Virus record (IMG/VR): IMGVR_UViG_3300048850_000147
Coordinates: 1 to 44,950 of that record
Length of the DNA: 44,950 nucleotides
Direction: 5' to 3' (one strand)
Source of the DNA: a virus
Lineage: Duplodnaviria; Caudoviricetes
Notes under the pieces: model-generated
What the model was told of the DNA's origin: nothing
Databases searched by the model: none
The model's input: the letters and a program-made list of their open reading frames with translations, nothing else
In this document: one piece after another, positions 17,331 through 27,164 of the stretch
Layout: each line of letters begins with the position of its first letter
How positions within the stretch are numbered: the stretch's first letter is position 1
Program-made: the position numbers and the translations under genes

Positions 17331-17959
17331 AGGGGGAGCATATGACCGCGGAGGGGATCACCATCGAAGAGCGCGCGCGAGGCCCGAGCTGGTGCATCCT
17401 GCGCACGCACGGCGGCAGAACAATGCCACTTGCCCGCTCGCTCGCCGAAGCGGGCATTCTTGCTTGGACGCCTGTGGAGCATGTGCGGCGCCGTATTCCC
17501 CGGTCCAAAGAGAAGGAGCGAGAGTTCCGGCCCGTGCCGTTCCTGCCGACCTACGTCTTTGCACCGTGGGATGATCGGTCGGCACTCCAGCGCCTGGAGG
17601 CCGCAGCCGAGAGCGAGCATCCGGCATTCTCCATCTTCCGGCACCGCGGCGCGACTGTCCGGGTGACCGAGGTGGAACTGGCTGCCCTGAGGCGGCGCGA
17701 GGCGGAGAGCCTGCGGCGGATGGAGCAGAGCGTCGAGGCCCAGGAGCGGCACGGTCAGCGCATGAAGGCGCGCGGCCAGCCGCTGCCTCGGGGCGCTGCT
17801 GTCGAGATCGGGGAGGGCGCGTTCGCGGGGCTGTCAGGCATCGTGGAGGAGAGCGACGGCCGACACACGCTGGTGCTGTTCGGCACCCACCTGCGCGTGA
17901 CGATTGAGACTTCCACATTGCGGGGTAATGCTGTAGCAGAGCCGTCATCTGCTGACTGA
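17327..17959 (+). CDS. NusG-family (NGN+KOW) transcription antiterminator, late-gene regulator
   Basis: WCILRT, PFLPTYVF and KOW motif VEIGEGAFAGLSGIV; occupies the Q position. Confidence 0.85.
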   Translation: MKGEHMTAEGITIEERARGPSWCILRTHGGRTMPLARSLAEAGILAWTPVEHVRRRIPRSKEKEREFRPVPFLPTYVFAPWDDRSALQRLEAAAESEHPAFSIFRHRGATVRVTEVELAALRRREAESLRRMEQSVEAQERHGQRMKARGQPLPRGAAVEIGEGAFAGLSGIVEESDGRHTLVLFGTHLRVTIETSTLRGNAVAEPSSAD

Positions 17960-18124
17960 TCAGCCCAGACGAGCGATGCGCCGGCGTAAGCGCCACTGCC
18001 CTCGTCACCAGACGCGGGGATGCGCTTCCCGCGAAGTCCGAAGGCTACCTGAAATAGAGCAACCGAGCCGGATTAGCGGCTCACCTGGCGTCTTCGGGCG
18101 CTACCTTCGTGTCTGGAGGTGCCG

Positions 18125-18355
18125 ATGGCCGACGCTGCGTGCAGCCCGTCCGATCGCCTCCGGCACCTGGCTATCGAGCTGGAGACGCTGGCTGACGCGA
18201 TGGATCGTCCTTCCCGGTCGACCACACGCTCCGACATGCTGATCGCCGAGTGCGAGCGCTTGGCTGCTGACGTGCGGGCGGTGGTCCGCGGGCCGTCAAG
18301 GCCACGGATGGACGCCGCGCCCCTCTGGCATCGAGGCGGACAGGCCGCCTGGTGA
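18125..18355 (+). CDS. Hypothetical protein
   Basis: GGAGGT RBS; 76 aa. Confidence 0.55.
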   Translation: MADAACSPSDRLRHLAIELETLADAMDRPSRSTTRSDMLIAECERLAADVRAVVRGPSRPRMDAAPLWHRGGQAAW

Positions 18356-18396
18356 CCTCCTGCGCAGTTCCGCATCATGGGAGTACCCCCCCCTTT

Positions 18397-18562
18397 GGGT
18401 CCTTCCGGCGTCCCAGGGTAATACGGGGGGCAAAGGCGCAACTTCCGTCTAGCCACAGGAAATCGTCTTACTTCTTCCTCCCTGTGGGCCCCGAAAACCG
18501 CAGTTTTCCGCCGTTTTTGGGCATTTTAGCAGGGAAGTATGACCCCTCTGGGAGGGAAGTGA
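18397..18562 (+). other. Lambda-like cos site (cosQ, cosN, cosB region)
   Basis: GGGTCCT (identical to lambda cosQ) at 18397-18403, then TACG-GGGGGCAAAGG-CGCA about 22 nt later; A/T tracts and GGAAGT repeats before the small terminase. Confidence 0.7.
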
Positions 18563-19048
18563 GTGGAAATCGACCTTGAGGAGCCCACCCGGCCCCAGCT
18601 TGCCGCGGTGTTCGGCGTTTCCAGCCGCTGGATCGGTGAGTTGCGCTCGAAAGGTGACCTGCCGGAAGATGGCGCCTCCCTGCTCGAAAACATCGAAGCC
18701 TGGGCGCAGGCAAAGTACGGCATCGACGGCGCGCAGGGAGCGCTGGATCTCGATGCGGAGAGCGCCCGGCTGAAGAAAGAGCAGGCGGACTCCAAGGCGA
18801 TGGACAACGCCGAGCGCCGTGGCGAACTGGCTTCCCTGCCAGACATGTCCGGGGCCGTCATCAGCGTCATCGCCATGGCGGTCTCTCGCCTGAGCCAGGT
18901 CGGCATGATCGTCGCCAAGGGCGATCACAAACTCAGGGCGCGCATCGAGAAGGCGGTCAACGACGCCCTCAAGGAGTTGAGCGTCGCCAAGGTCGAGAAG
19001 GCCAGAGGCGGAGGCCTAGATGCCGAAGAGGCCGCCGAAGCAGACTGA
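18563..19048 (+). CDS. Terminase small subunit (Nu1-like)
   Basis: N-terminal wHTH QLAAVFGVSSRWI; coiled coil ESARLKKEQAD...N..RRGEL. Confidence 0.85.
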   Translation: MEIDLEEPTRPQLAAVFGVSSRWIGELRSKGDLPEDGASLLENIEAWAQAKYGIDGAQGALDLDAESARLKKEQADSKAMDNAERRGELASLPDMSGAVISVIAMAVSRLSQVGMIVAKGDHKLRARIEKAVNDALKELSVAKVEKARGGGLDAEEAAEAD

Positions 19049-21002
19049 GCCCGAGGCACTTCAGATCCGCGGCGACGATGCCGTGCTGTCAGCCGTTCGC
19101 GAATGGCTGGCAATGTTTGCGCCCCGGCCCAAGCCGAAGCTGTCCGAGTTCATGCTGGAGCACGCCTGCGACGACACTGGCGCCAGCATCACGCCGTTCC
19201 CCTTCCAGCTGGAGATGGCGGACGCTTTCACGGATCCTGAGACCAGCCAGTTGAGCTGCCGCAAGAGCAGCCGCATTGGTTATTCCACGATCCTCCAGTC
19301 GTTCATGGCGTATCGCATCCGGTACGACCCGGCGCGTTCGCTGATCTACCAGCCGACGATCGACGACGCGGAGAAGTACAGCCGCGACGATCTGGAGCCG
19401 GTGCTGCAATGGGACGTCGTCCGCGAGGTCGCGACCTTCAAGCCGCGGCATGCCGATAACCAGATCCGGGCCAAGCGCTACAAGGGCGGCTGGATCCAGA
19501 TCAAAGGCGCGAACAGCCCGAAGGAGTTCCGGCGCGTCACTGCCGACGACGTGTTCCTGGAGGAGTGCGACGGCTACCCTTGGGCTTCCAAGGAAGAGGG
19601 CGACCCCGCCCGCCTAGCCTACAAGCGCAACCTGACTTCGCCGCGGCGGTTCAGTGCTGCGGGATCCACCCCGAAGGTGAAAGGCCTCAGCCGGATCGAC
19701 CTGCTGTTCGAGCAGGGGAGCCAGGAATTCCGGTACGTTCCTTGTCCGCATTGTGGCGAGATGCAGCAGCTCGTGTTCGGCGACGGTACTGGCGCCGGCA
19801 TCCGGTGGGAGCCGAAGGAGAACCCGACCCGCGCGTGGTATCGCTGCGTAAACGGCTGCGACATCGACGAAGCCGACAAAGCGGCGATGGATGAAGCCGG
19901 GGAGTGGCGGGCGCACAACCCCGGCGCATTCCCGCGGCATCGGTCTTTCCACATCTGGGCGGCGTACAGCCAGCATCCCGGAGCGGCCTGGCTGGAGATC
20001 GCCCGCGAGTTCATGGAGGTCCGCAAGGACCCGAACCTTCTTCGTACCTTCGTCAACCAGACTCTGGGCGAGGCATGGGCTGAGCGGGGAGAGGCTCCCG
20101 AATGGCAGCGCCTCTACGATCGCCGGGAGACAGCCATGGCGATCGGGACGCCTCCGGTCTGGGCCGGCCTGTTGATCGGATCGGTCGACGTGCAGCGGGG
20201 CGGCGGTGGCCGGCTTGAGCTGGACATCTGGGCGTTCGGACCAAAGAAGCAGCGCGCGCTGGTCGAGCATATCGAGATCGACGGCTCGATCGCCGATCAC
20301 GCGACCTGGACCAAGTTGGACGAAGCGGTCGGCCGAAGCTGGCGGACGCAGGACGGCCGGTCGCTACGGCTCGCAAGGGTCGCGATCGATTCCGGCGATG
20401 GCGCGAACACCATGCACGTCTACGCCTGGGCGCGCCGGCATCCTGCTTTCGCCATGGCGGTGAAGGGCCGGCATGCGGTTGGTATCGGACAGGCGATCGC
20501 CGGGCCGACGTGGCAGGACCTGACGATCAACGGTCGCAAGCTGAAGCGTGGGGTGCGCTTGTGGACAATCGGCACCTCCATGCTGAAGCTGGAGCTGTAC
20601 GGATACCTATCGTTGGAGAAGCCGGTCGACGGCGAACCCTACCCGGAGGGGTACGTATTCCTGCCCCAGGGCACCACCGACGAGTGGATCAAGCAGCTGG
20701 TTGCCGAGCAGCTGGTCCAGAAGAACCTGAGGAACGGCCGCTCGCGCGTCGAGTGGGAGCAAACCCGGCCGCGTAACGAGGCGCTCGACAACGCTATCTA
20801 CGCCCGGGCTGTGGCGGTCAGCTTGGGTGCCGACGAATGGACCCAGCGCCAGTGGGGCAAGCTGCTCGGCACCGTTGCCGTGAAGCGACCAGCGCCGGTG
20901 AAGCCTGCCGAGGCACAGGCTCAATCCGCAGCCGAATCTGCCCCGGCGAGGGCGGGTATGAAGCCGCGACGCGCAAATCCGTTCACGAGCCGCAGGAGGT
21001 AG
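19020..21002 (+). CDS. Terminase large subunit (lambda GpA family)
   Basis: KSSRIGYST Walker A, STP, CPHC...C..GC, VDVQ nuclease, IDSG, RNEALD; start position uncertain. Confidence 0.95.
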   Translation: MPKRPPKQTEPEALQIRGDDAVLSAVREWLAMFAPRPKPKLSEFMLEHACDDTGASITPFPFQLEMADAFTDPETSQLSCRKSSRIGYSTILQSFMAYRIRYDPARSLIYQPTIDDAEKYSRDDLEPVLQWDVVREVATFKPRHADNQIRAKRYKGGWIQIKGANSPKEFRRVTADDVFLEECDGYPWASKEEGDPARLAYKRNLTSPRRFSAAGSTPKVKGLSRIDLLFEQGSQEFRYVPCPHCGEMQQLVFGDGTGAGIRWEPKENPTRAWYRCVNGCDIDEADKAAMDEAGEWRAHNPGAFPRHRSFHIWAAYSQHPGAAWLEIAREFMEVRKDPNLLRTFVNQTLGEAWAERGEAPEWQRLYDRRETAMAIGTPPVWAGLLIGSVDVQRGGGGRLELDIWAFGPKKQRALVEHIEIDGSIADHATWTKLDEAVGRSWRTQDGRSLRLARVAIDSGDGANTMHVYAWARRHPAFAMAVKGRHAVGIGQAIAGPTWQDLTINGRKLKRGVRLWTIGTSMLKLELYGYLSLEKPVDGEPYPEGYVFLPQGTTDEWIKQLVAEQLVQKNLRNGRSRVEWEQTRPRNEALDNAIYARAVAVSLGADEWTQRQWGKLLGTVAVKRPAPVKPAEAQAQSAAESAPARAGMKPRRANPFTSRRR

Positions 21003-21003
21003 C

Positions 21004-21219
21004 ATGGCCTACCAGCAGTCAGATCTCGACCGGCTCGACGCGGCGATCAGCAGTGGCGTGCGCTCGGTCACCTTCGCCGATGGCCGTCGGACCGAGTACC
21101 AGAACCTCGATCAGCTGCTTGCCGCGCGCAAGGTGGTGGCGGCCCAGCTGTCGATGCAGGAGACCTCGAAGGGCGCCGTCGTGCGTCGGCGTGTGCCGTA
21201 CTACCGGAGCGGCCTCTAA
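21004..21219 (+). CDS. Head-tail joining protein (gpW-like)
   Basis: LDAAISSGVRSVTF.DGR..EY motif between terminase and portal. Confidence 0.85.
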   Translation: MAYQQSDLDRLDAAISSGVRSVTFADGRRTEYQNLDQLLAARKVVAAQLSMQETSKGAVVRRRVPYYRSGL

Positions 21220-22773
21220 GTGGCGTCGCTCCTTGACCGGCTGTTCGGCCGCGCCCGCCCCAGTGCCGAGCCGGCCCGAGCTGCAGCGGCACCGAAGCGC
21301 ATCCGCACGGGGCGCGGAGCGCGCGCTGAGTATGACGGCGCCACGCTTGGTCGTCGTGCCGCCGGCTGGCGCCGCACCCGGCTGGACGCCAACGGCGAAC
21401 TCTCGCCGGCCGTCGCGGCAGCGCTGCGCGGGATCGCCCGCGACCTCGTGCGCAACAACCCGTTCGCGGCGCGCGGGGCGGCGACGATCGCGCACAACAT
21501 GGTCGGGACCGGGATCACCTTTCAGGTGTACCGCGACGGCAAGATCGACGACCGGCTGAACAAGCTGGCTCGACGGCACCTCGACACCACGGCATGCGAC
21601 GCCAGCGGGCGCCATGACCTGTACGGTCTGCAGCTGCAGGCTGCGCGCACCATCGTGGAGAGCGGCGCCGTGGTGATGCGCCGCCGCTGGCGGCGCGCCT
21701 CTGATCGGCTGCCGCTGCCCTTCCAGCTACAGGTGATCGAGCCGGATTACATCGACCCGTCGAAGCATGGGCCGCTCTCCAGCGCGCCAGGCGTGCAGGG
21801 CGGGTTCCTGATCAACGGCGTGCAGTTCGGCCCGCTGGGCGCCCGCGAGGGCTACTGGCTATTCAACGGCCATCCGGGCGGCGGCCGCGCTGATGCGCTG
21901 GGCTCTACCTTCGTGAAGGCGGCAGACGTGGCGCACGTTTTCCGCGCCGATCGACCGGAGATGGAGCACGGCGCGACCTGGTTCGCGCCTGTCATCCTGC
22001 GGATGAAGGATTTCGGCGACTACGAAGACGCGCAGCTCACGCGGCAGAAGCTGGCAAGCGCGTTTGTCGGCGTGGTCACCGGCGAAGATCTGGGCGGTGT
22101 CATTCCTGGCATCCAGAGCGAGGATGGCGACCCCGGCGAACCGGTCGCGCTCGGCGAAGACCGCGAACCGCTGGACTACATCGAGCCGGGTACCTTCCAG
22201 TATGCGCGACCGGGCGAAGAGGTCACCTTCTCCGACCCTCCCAAAGTGGAGGGATACGCTGATTACACCAAGGTGTCCCTGCGCGCGGTCAGCTCTGGTC
22301 TGGGCGTGCCCTACGAGGCGCTCACCGGCGACCTGTCCAATGTGAACTTCTCGTCCGGCCGGATGGGCTGGCTCGAATACCAGCGATCGCTCGCGGCCTG
22401 GCAGTGGACGATGTTCATCCCGCAGTTCTGCGGTGCTGTAGCGACCTGGCTGATCGACGCCTTCTCGATGATCGGCGAGGACGTCGAGGGTGTCACCGTC
22501 CGGTGGACGCCTCCCGGTCGCGAGATGATCAATCCCGCCGAAGAGGTGAAGGCCAACCGCGACGCGATCCGATCGGGTCAGAAGACGATCTCGCAGTGCG
22601 CGCGCGAGCGCGGGGAGGATCCGGACACCTTCCTTGCAGAACTCGCCGCGGACTTTGACCGCATCGATCGCCTCGGACTGATCCTCGACTGCGACCCGCG
22701 CCGGGTGACAGCGGTCGGCAACCCCGCGGAGCCAGAGCCCTCCGCCCAGTCCAAGCAACCCCAGGGGGCCTGA
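21220..22773 (+). CDS. Portal protein, lambda family
   Basis: ARDLVRNN, GVPYEALTGDLSNVNFSSGRMG and W.PP...INP..E motifs. Confidence 0.95.
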   Translation: MASLLDRLFGRARPSAEPARAAAAPKRIRTGRGARAEYDGATLGRRAAGWRRTRLDANGELSPAVAAALRGIARDLVRNNPFAARGAATIAHNMVGTGITFQVYRDGKIDDRLNKLARRHLDTTACDASGRHDLYGLQLQAARTIVESGAVVMRRRWRRASDRLPLPFQLQVIEPDYIDPSKHGPLSSAPGVQGGFLINGVQFGPLGAREGYWLFNGHPGGGRADALGSTFVKAADVAHVFRADRPEMEHGATWFAPVILRMKDFGDYEDAQLTRQKLASAFVGVVTGEDLGGVIPGIQSEDGDPGEPVALGEDREPLDYIEPGTFQYARPGEEVTFSDPPKVEGYADYTKVSLRAVSSGLGVPYEALTGDLSNVNFSSGRMGWLEYQRSLAAWQWTMFIPQFCGAVATWLIDAFSMIGEDVEGVTVRWTPPGREMINPAEEVKANRDAIRSGQKTISQCARERGEDPDTFLAELAADFDRIDRLGLILDCDPRRVTAVGNPAEPEPSAQSKQPQGA

Positions 22774-24960
22774 ATGCTCGAAATTCTCCTCTACGGCATC
22801 GTCGGCGACGAATGGGACGGTCTCGATGCCAAGACCCTCTTCGCGCTGATCGCCAGCGACGATGGCGACCTCGTGGTGCGCATCAACTCGCCAGGCGGTT
22901 ACGTCATGGAGGGGCTGGCGATCTTCAACGCGCTCGCCGCTGCCAAGGCCGCCGGCCGCAAGGTCACCGTCCATATCGACGGGCTCGCGGCATCGATGGC
23001 TTCCGTGATCGCGATGGTCGGCGACGAGATCATCATGGCCGACAACGCCCTGATGATGATCCACAACCCCTGGGATGTGGCGATCGGCGACGCCCGCGAG
23101 CTTCGCGCTGCGGCCGACAAGCTCGACGTCATCCGTGACCAGCTCGTGCGGATCTACTCGGGTCAGACCGGGCTCACCGCCGACGATCTGATCCCGATGC
23201 TCGATACCGAGACCTGGCTGACGTCGGAGCAGGCGCTCGAGCAGAAATTCATCACGTCCGTGTCGGAGGCGTCGAACGCCGCGGCCTGCAACGTGTCAGC
23301 ATTCGGGTTTCGCAAGGCCCCCGAAAGCCCGGTCATCTCCGCAATGGCGATGCTGGGAACCCCGCGGACGGCCGCTGCCGCTCCTAAACGTCCACCGGAG
23401 AAAACCATGGACCTCTATAAGACCCGCGCGGCGCTGGTTGCCGCGATCGCCACGTTCCAGAAGGATGGCGGCACGCAGGACGAGATCGACAAGATCGTGA
23501 AGTCTGCTGTGGCGCTCAACGCACAGGATGCGCTTCCCCCCACCGGCGCGCTTGCCCTGACGCCGGCCAACAACAATCCGGCGCCCCAGACCGACACGTC
23601 GGTCGTCGCGCTGACTTCCGCCGACGTGCAGAACGCCGTCAACGCCGAGCGCCTCCGGGTCGGGACGATCCGCGCCCTCGGCACCAAGCACAACCTGCCC
23701 GCCGACTTCATCGACGGTCTTGTCAACGACGGAACGGCGCTCGCCACCGCTCGCGAGAAGATCCTCGACAAGCTTGCCGAGGAAGGCGACACCGCCAACG
23801 TCGGCCACAACAGCCCCGCGCGGGTGACCGTCGACCAGCGCGAGAAGTTCCGGGAGGGTGCCACCAACTGGCTGCTCGTGAAGGCAGGTGTCGCCCACCT
23901 CGTCGAGAAGGCGGCGGCGCTGAACGGCAAGCCCATCAAGATCGACCCGGGCGAGTTCCGGGGCGTTCGCAACGTCGACCTCGCGCGCGAATCGCTTGGC
24001 AACCTGGGCGTGAACATCACCACCCGCGACCCGGACCAGATCGTGCGACAGGCGATGACCTCGCAGGGCGCGGTGATCACGCAGACGACCAGCGACTTCC
24101 CCGTCCTGTTCGAAAACGCGATCCATCGCACCCTGCAGGCGGCCTATGCGACTACGCCGGACACCTGGACGCGGTTCTGCGGCACCGGCACCGTTACCGA
24201 CTTCCGCCCTCACAGCCGGTATCTGCGCGGCTCGTTCGGCGCGCTCGACAACGTGAACGAGGCGGGCGAGTTCAAGAACAAGCCCATCCCCGACCTCGCG
24301 AAGGAGGCGATCACCGCGTCGACGAAGGGCAACATCATCAACCTGTCGCGTCAGGCGATCGTCAACGACGACATGGAGGTGTTCTCCGGTCTCGCCGTCG
24401 ACCTCGGCCGGGCCGCCAAGCTGACGATCGAGATCGACGTCTTCGCGCTGCTCAACAGCAACCCGGTCATGAACGACGGCAAGCCGCTGTTCCACGCCGA
24501 CCACGGCAACCTGGCCGCCGCGGGCGCTGCGCCTTCGGTCGCAGCCTTCGACGCGATCCGCGTTGCCATGGCACAGCAGAAGGACGTCAGCGGAAACGAG
24601 TTCCTCGACATCCGCCCGTCCATCCTGCTGCTCGCGCTCGCACTGGGCGGCGCAGCTCGCGTCATCAACGGCAGCCAGTACGATCCGGATGCCGTGAACA
24701 AGCTGCAGCGGCCGAACATCGTCAACGGGATGTTCGAAGACATCGTCGACAGCCCGCGCCTGTCGGGCACCGCCTATTACGCCTTTGCGGATCCGAACGT
24801 CGCGCCGGCTATCGAGGTGGTGTTCCTCAACGGCGTGACCGAGCCGTTCACGGACAGCCAGGATGGTTGGCGCGTCGACGGTGTCGAGTGGAAGGTCCGC
24901 CACGATTACGGCGTCGGCGCCGTGAACTGGCGCTCCGCCTACAAGCAGCCCGGCGCCTGA
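22774..24960 (+). CDS. ClpP-type prohead protease fused to the major capsid protein
   Basis: RINSPGG, GLAASMAS, MIHNP protease motifs; C-terminal capsid motifs TTSDFP.L, LSRQAIVNDD, LFHADHGNL, KVRHDYG. Confidence 0.93.
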   Translation: MLEILLYGIVGDEWDGLDAKTLFALIASDDGDLVVRINSPGGYVMEGLAIFNALAAAKAAGRKVTVHIDGLAASMASVIAMVGDEIIMADNALMMIHNPWDVAIGDARELRAAADKLDVIRDQLVRIYSGQTGLTADDLIPMLDTETWLTSEQALEQKFITSVSEASNAAACNVSAFGFRKAPESPVISAMAMLGTPRTAAAAPKRPPEKTMDLYKTRAALVAAIATFQKDGGTQDEIDKIVKSAVALNAQDALPPTGALALTPANNNPAPQTDTSVVALTSADVQNAVNAERLRVGTIRALGTKHNLPADFIDGLVNDGTALATAREKILDKLAEEGDTANVGHNSPARVTVDQREKFREGATNWLLVKAGVAHLVEKAAALNGKPIKIDPGEFRGVRNVDLARESLGNLGVNITTRDPDQIVRQAMTSQGAVITQTTSDFPVLFENAIHRTLQAAYATTPDTWTRFCGTGTVTDFRPHSRYLRGSFGALDNVNEAGEFKNKPIPDLAKEAITASTKGNIINLSRQAIVNDDMEVFSGLAVDLGRAAKLTIEIDVFALLNSNPVMNDGKPLFHADHGNLAAAGAAPSVAAFDAIRVAMAQQKDVSGNEFLDIRPSILLLALALGGAARVINGSQYDPDAVNKLQRPNIVNGMFEDIVDSPRLSGTAYYAFADPNVAPAIEVVFLNGVTEPFTDSQDGWRVDGVEWKVRHDYGVGAVNWRSAYKQPGA

Positions 24961-25028
24961 GGCCCGCGCACCCGTGAACCTGCGGCAGGGCCGGCTGCGG
25001 CCGCCCTGACCGCTTCAGGAGAACAGCC

Positions 25029-25328
25029 ATGAAGTTCGTGAAGCTGCTGATCGCAGCGCACGTCGCGGGCGTGCTGCGGCACCCCCACGAGGGTGTGCTG
25101 CATGTCGACGACGCCGAAGCCGAGCGCCTCGTCGAGAGCGAAGTGGGCGAGGACGTGACCGCCGACTTCACCGCCAAGCAGAACCGGGACACCCCGGTTG
25201 AGGCTGGCACCGAGCCGAGCGGCTCGGAAGCGGAGACCTCCGCCAACCCCCACCAGGCCGAAGTCGCAACGGACGCTCCGGCCGATGCCACGCCTGCGCG
25301 CCGCCGGGCCGCGGCGAACAAGGAGTAA
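25029..25328 (+). CDS. Hypothetical head-associated protein
   Basis: AGGAG RBS; 99 aa after the capsid gene. Confidence 0.7.
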   Translation: MKFVKLLIAAHVAGVLRHPHEGVLHVDDAEAERLVESEVGEDVTADFTAKQNRDTPVEAGTEPSGSEAETSANPHQAEVATDAPADATPARRRAAANKE

Positions 25329-25334
25329 GCCAAG

Positions 25335-25676
25335 ATGGCACGCAACTTCATCCAGCCCGGTGACACGATCACCATGATCGCCCCCTCCGCCGTCACCAGC
25401 GGCGCGGGCATGCTCGTCGGCGCCGTGTTCGCCGTCGCCCTCGCCAATGCCGCACAGTCGGCACCGGTCGAGGCGAAGCGGACCGGCGTCTGGGACCTCG
25501 CCAAGGCCCCCGGAGAAGCTTGGGTGGCAGACACCACCAAGCTGTACTGGGACAACACCGCCAAGCGCGTGACCTCGACGGCGGCCGGCAACACCCTGAT
25601 CGGGGTCGCTCGCCAGTCGCAGGCCTCGGCCGACACCGTCGGCCGCGTGCTGCTGACCGGCCAGATCGCCGCCTAA
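25335..25676 (+). CDS. DUF2190 family (capsid cement/decoration) protein
   Basis: MARNFIQPG.TI...G...GVWDLAK...LYWD...GNTLIG motif. Confidence 0.85.
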   Translation: MARNFIQPGDTITMIAPSAVTSGAGMLVGAVFAVALANAAQSAPVEAKRTGVWDLAKAPGEAWVADTTKLYWDNTAKRVTSTAAGNTLIGVARQSQASADTVGRVLLTGQIAA

Positions 25677-25679
25677 GCC

Positions 25680-26018
25680 ATGGATCCGTTCGCCTCGGCG
25701 CTCGACGCCCTGTTCACCGGGCCGGGCTCCGAGGCGGCGGATTACGTGTCGGAAAGCGGCGTACAGGAGGGCGTCCGGATCATCCGGTCGCGCCCGACCG
25801 CCGACGCCACCTTCGGGGACAGCCGGATTCGGCAGGACACCTGCGAGATTGACGTGCGGCGCTCCGAGGTGCCGAAGCCGGCCCCCGGCGACCGCTTCCT
25901 GATCCGCGAGATCGATCCCGTCACGCAGGCGGAGGTCCTCACAGTGTGCATCATCACCGCCGACCCGGCGCTCGACGTCGAGGGCATGACCTGGACCTGC
26001 GAGGCGCCGGAGGCGTGA
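25680..26018 (+). CDS. Head-tail joining protein (gpFII-like)
   Basis: Position; IDVRRSEV..P..GD motif. Confidence 0.75.
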   Translation: MDPFASALDALFTGPGSEAADYVSESGVQEGVRIIRSRPTADATFGDSRIRQDTCEIDVRRSEVPKPAPGDRFLIREIDPVTQAEVLTVCIITADPALDVEGMTWTCEAPEA

Positions 26019-26710
26019 AAGTCGAGGTCGGCGTTCCGGACTTCGCCAAGGTGATGCGGGACGCGGAGGGAGGCGTGGCACGCGCGGCCACCGTCGCGAT
26101 GCGCGCGACCACGGGCGATGCGCTGCGCGAGTATCGCGCGCAGGTCACGTCGGCGGGTCTCGGCCAGCGGCTGGCGAACACCTGGCGCGGCAACGTCTAT
26201 CCCAAGTCGCGCAACGGCATGAACCCGACAGGTTACATCTACAGCCGTGCCCCCGACATCATCAGCAGCTTCGTCCGAGGGGCCACCATCCGCCCCGTCG
26301 GCGGCGCGAAGTTCCTCTGGATCCCGACCGGCAACGTCCCGCGCGCGAGTGCCCGGATGGGTCGGATCGGTCGGCAATCGAGTGGCCGCATGGGGTCCCG
26401 CGGCCTCAAGGGTGGCGCGCTGACGCCCGAGGAATGTGAGAACCGGTTCAACACCGACTTCATCATTCGTCGCGGAAAGCGCGGGCACCTGCTCGCGTTC
26501 ATGCAGCTGATCCGATCCCGGAACGGCCGCGGCGTTCGCGCCAATACCGCTGGTCGGCAGCGCCAAGGTCGCGCTGCATCCCTGACCCTCATGTACACCC
26601 TCGTGCCCAGCGCGCGCATGCCCAAGCTGCTCGATCTGGACGGCCCCGCCAATCGCTGGGGCGACGCCTACATCGCCGCATTCACTCGGGGGCTGGAGAA
26701 GAACTGGTGA
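26015..26710 (+). CDS. Tail completion protein (DUF6441 / gpZ-like)
   Basis: Basic protein; GLGQRLANTWR..YP, GATIRP..G.FLWIPT; GTG start coupled. Confidence 0.72.
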   Translation: MKVEVGVPDFAKVMRDAEGGVARAATVAMRATTGDALREYRAQVTSAGLGQRLANTWRGNVYPKSRNGMNPTGYIYSRAPDIISSFVRGATIRPVGGAKFLWIPTGNVPRASARMGRIGRQSSGRMGSRGLKGGALTPEECENRFNTDFIIRRGKRGHLLAFMQLIRSRNGRGVRANTAGRQRQGRAASLTLMYTLVPSARMPKLLDLDGPANRWGDAYIAAFTRGLEKNW

Positions 26711-27147
26711 GCAAGCGCCTCGACGTTCTCGCCGCCGTGAAGGCGCTGATCGAAGCCGCGCTCCCCGGCGCCACGGTGGTGGGGATGGACGGCAAGGACG
26801 CAGCGCCCGCGCGCGTACCGCCGAACGGCCGTGTGGTTGTGCGTAGCGGTGAACCGGGCGAGCCCGAGGTCGATCTCTGTCCACCCGTCTACCACTACGC
26901 ACACCGCATCCCGATCGAGGTCGACGGCTACCAGACTACCGCGCGAACCGGCGAGGAGGTCATCGACGAGATGATGGGCCGGATCGGCGCCGCAGTGGAA
27001 GCGGATCGTACGCTCGGCGGCCTTTGCGACTGGCTGGAGCCGACCGTCCCGAACACCGACGACATTTACGTCGAGGGCGCGAACCCTGCGCGCGGCGGCG
27101 ATTTCGACCTGGTTGCCTCCTACTCGACCACATCCCCTCTCAACTGA
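26707..27147 (+). CDS. Tail terminator protein (gpU-like)
   Basis: Position; ADRTLGGLCDW motif. Confidence 0.75.
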   Translation: MSKRLDVLAAVKALIEAALPGATVVGMDGKDAAPARVPPNGRVVVRSGEPGEPEVDLCPPVYHYAHRIPIEVDGYQTTARTGEEVIDEMMGRIGAAVEADRTLGGLCDWLEPTVPNTDDIYVEGANPARGGDFDLVASYSTTSPLN

Positions 27148-27164
27148 GCCCGAAGGAACCCACC

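Noticed and set aside
17955-18060. Hammerhead ribozyme or tRNA in the late leader
   Set aside because: CTGATCAG does not match the CUGAnGA core and no cloverleaf or T-loop is evident; retained only as a generic structured leader
19545-19575. Terminase Walker B reading VFLEE rather than ..DE as a sign of inactivation
   Set aside because: A conservative substitution with all other motifs intact; not enough to call a defect without an alignment
24975-25020. Hairpin after the capsid gene as an intrinsic terminator
   Set aside because: A GC stem is present but there is no U-tract; it may only be a stabilising or processing structure
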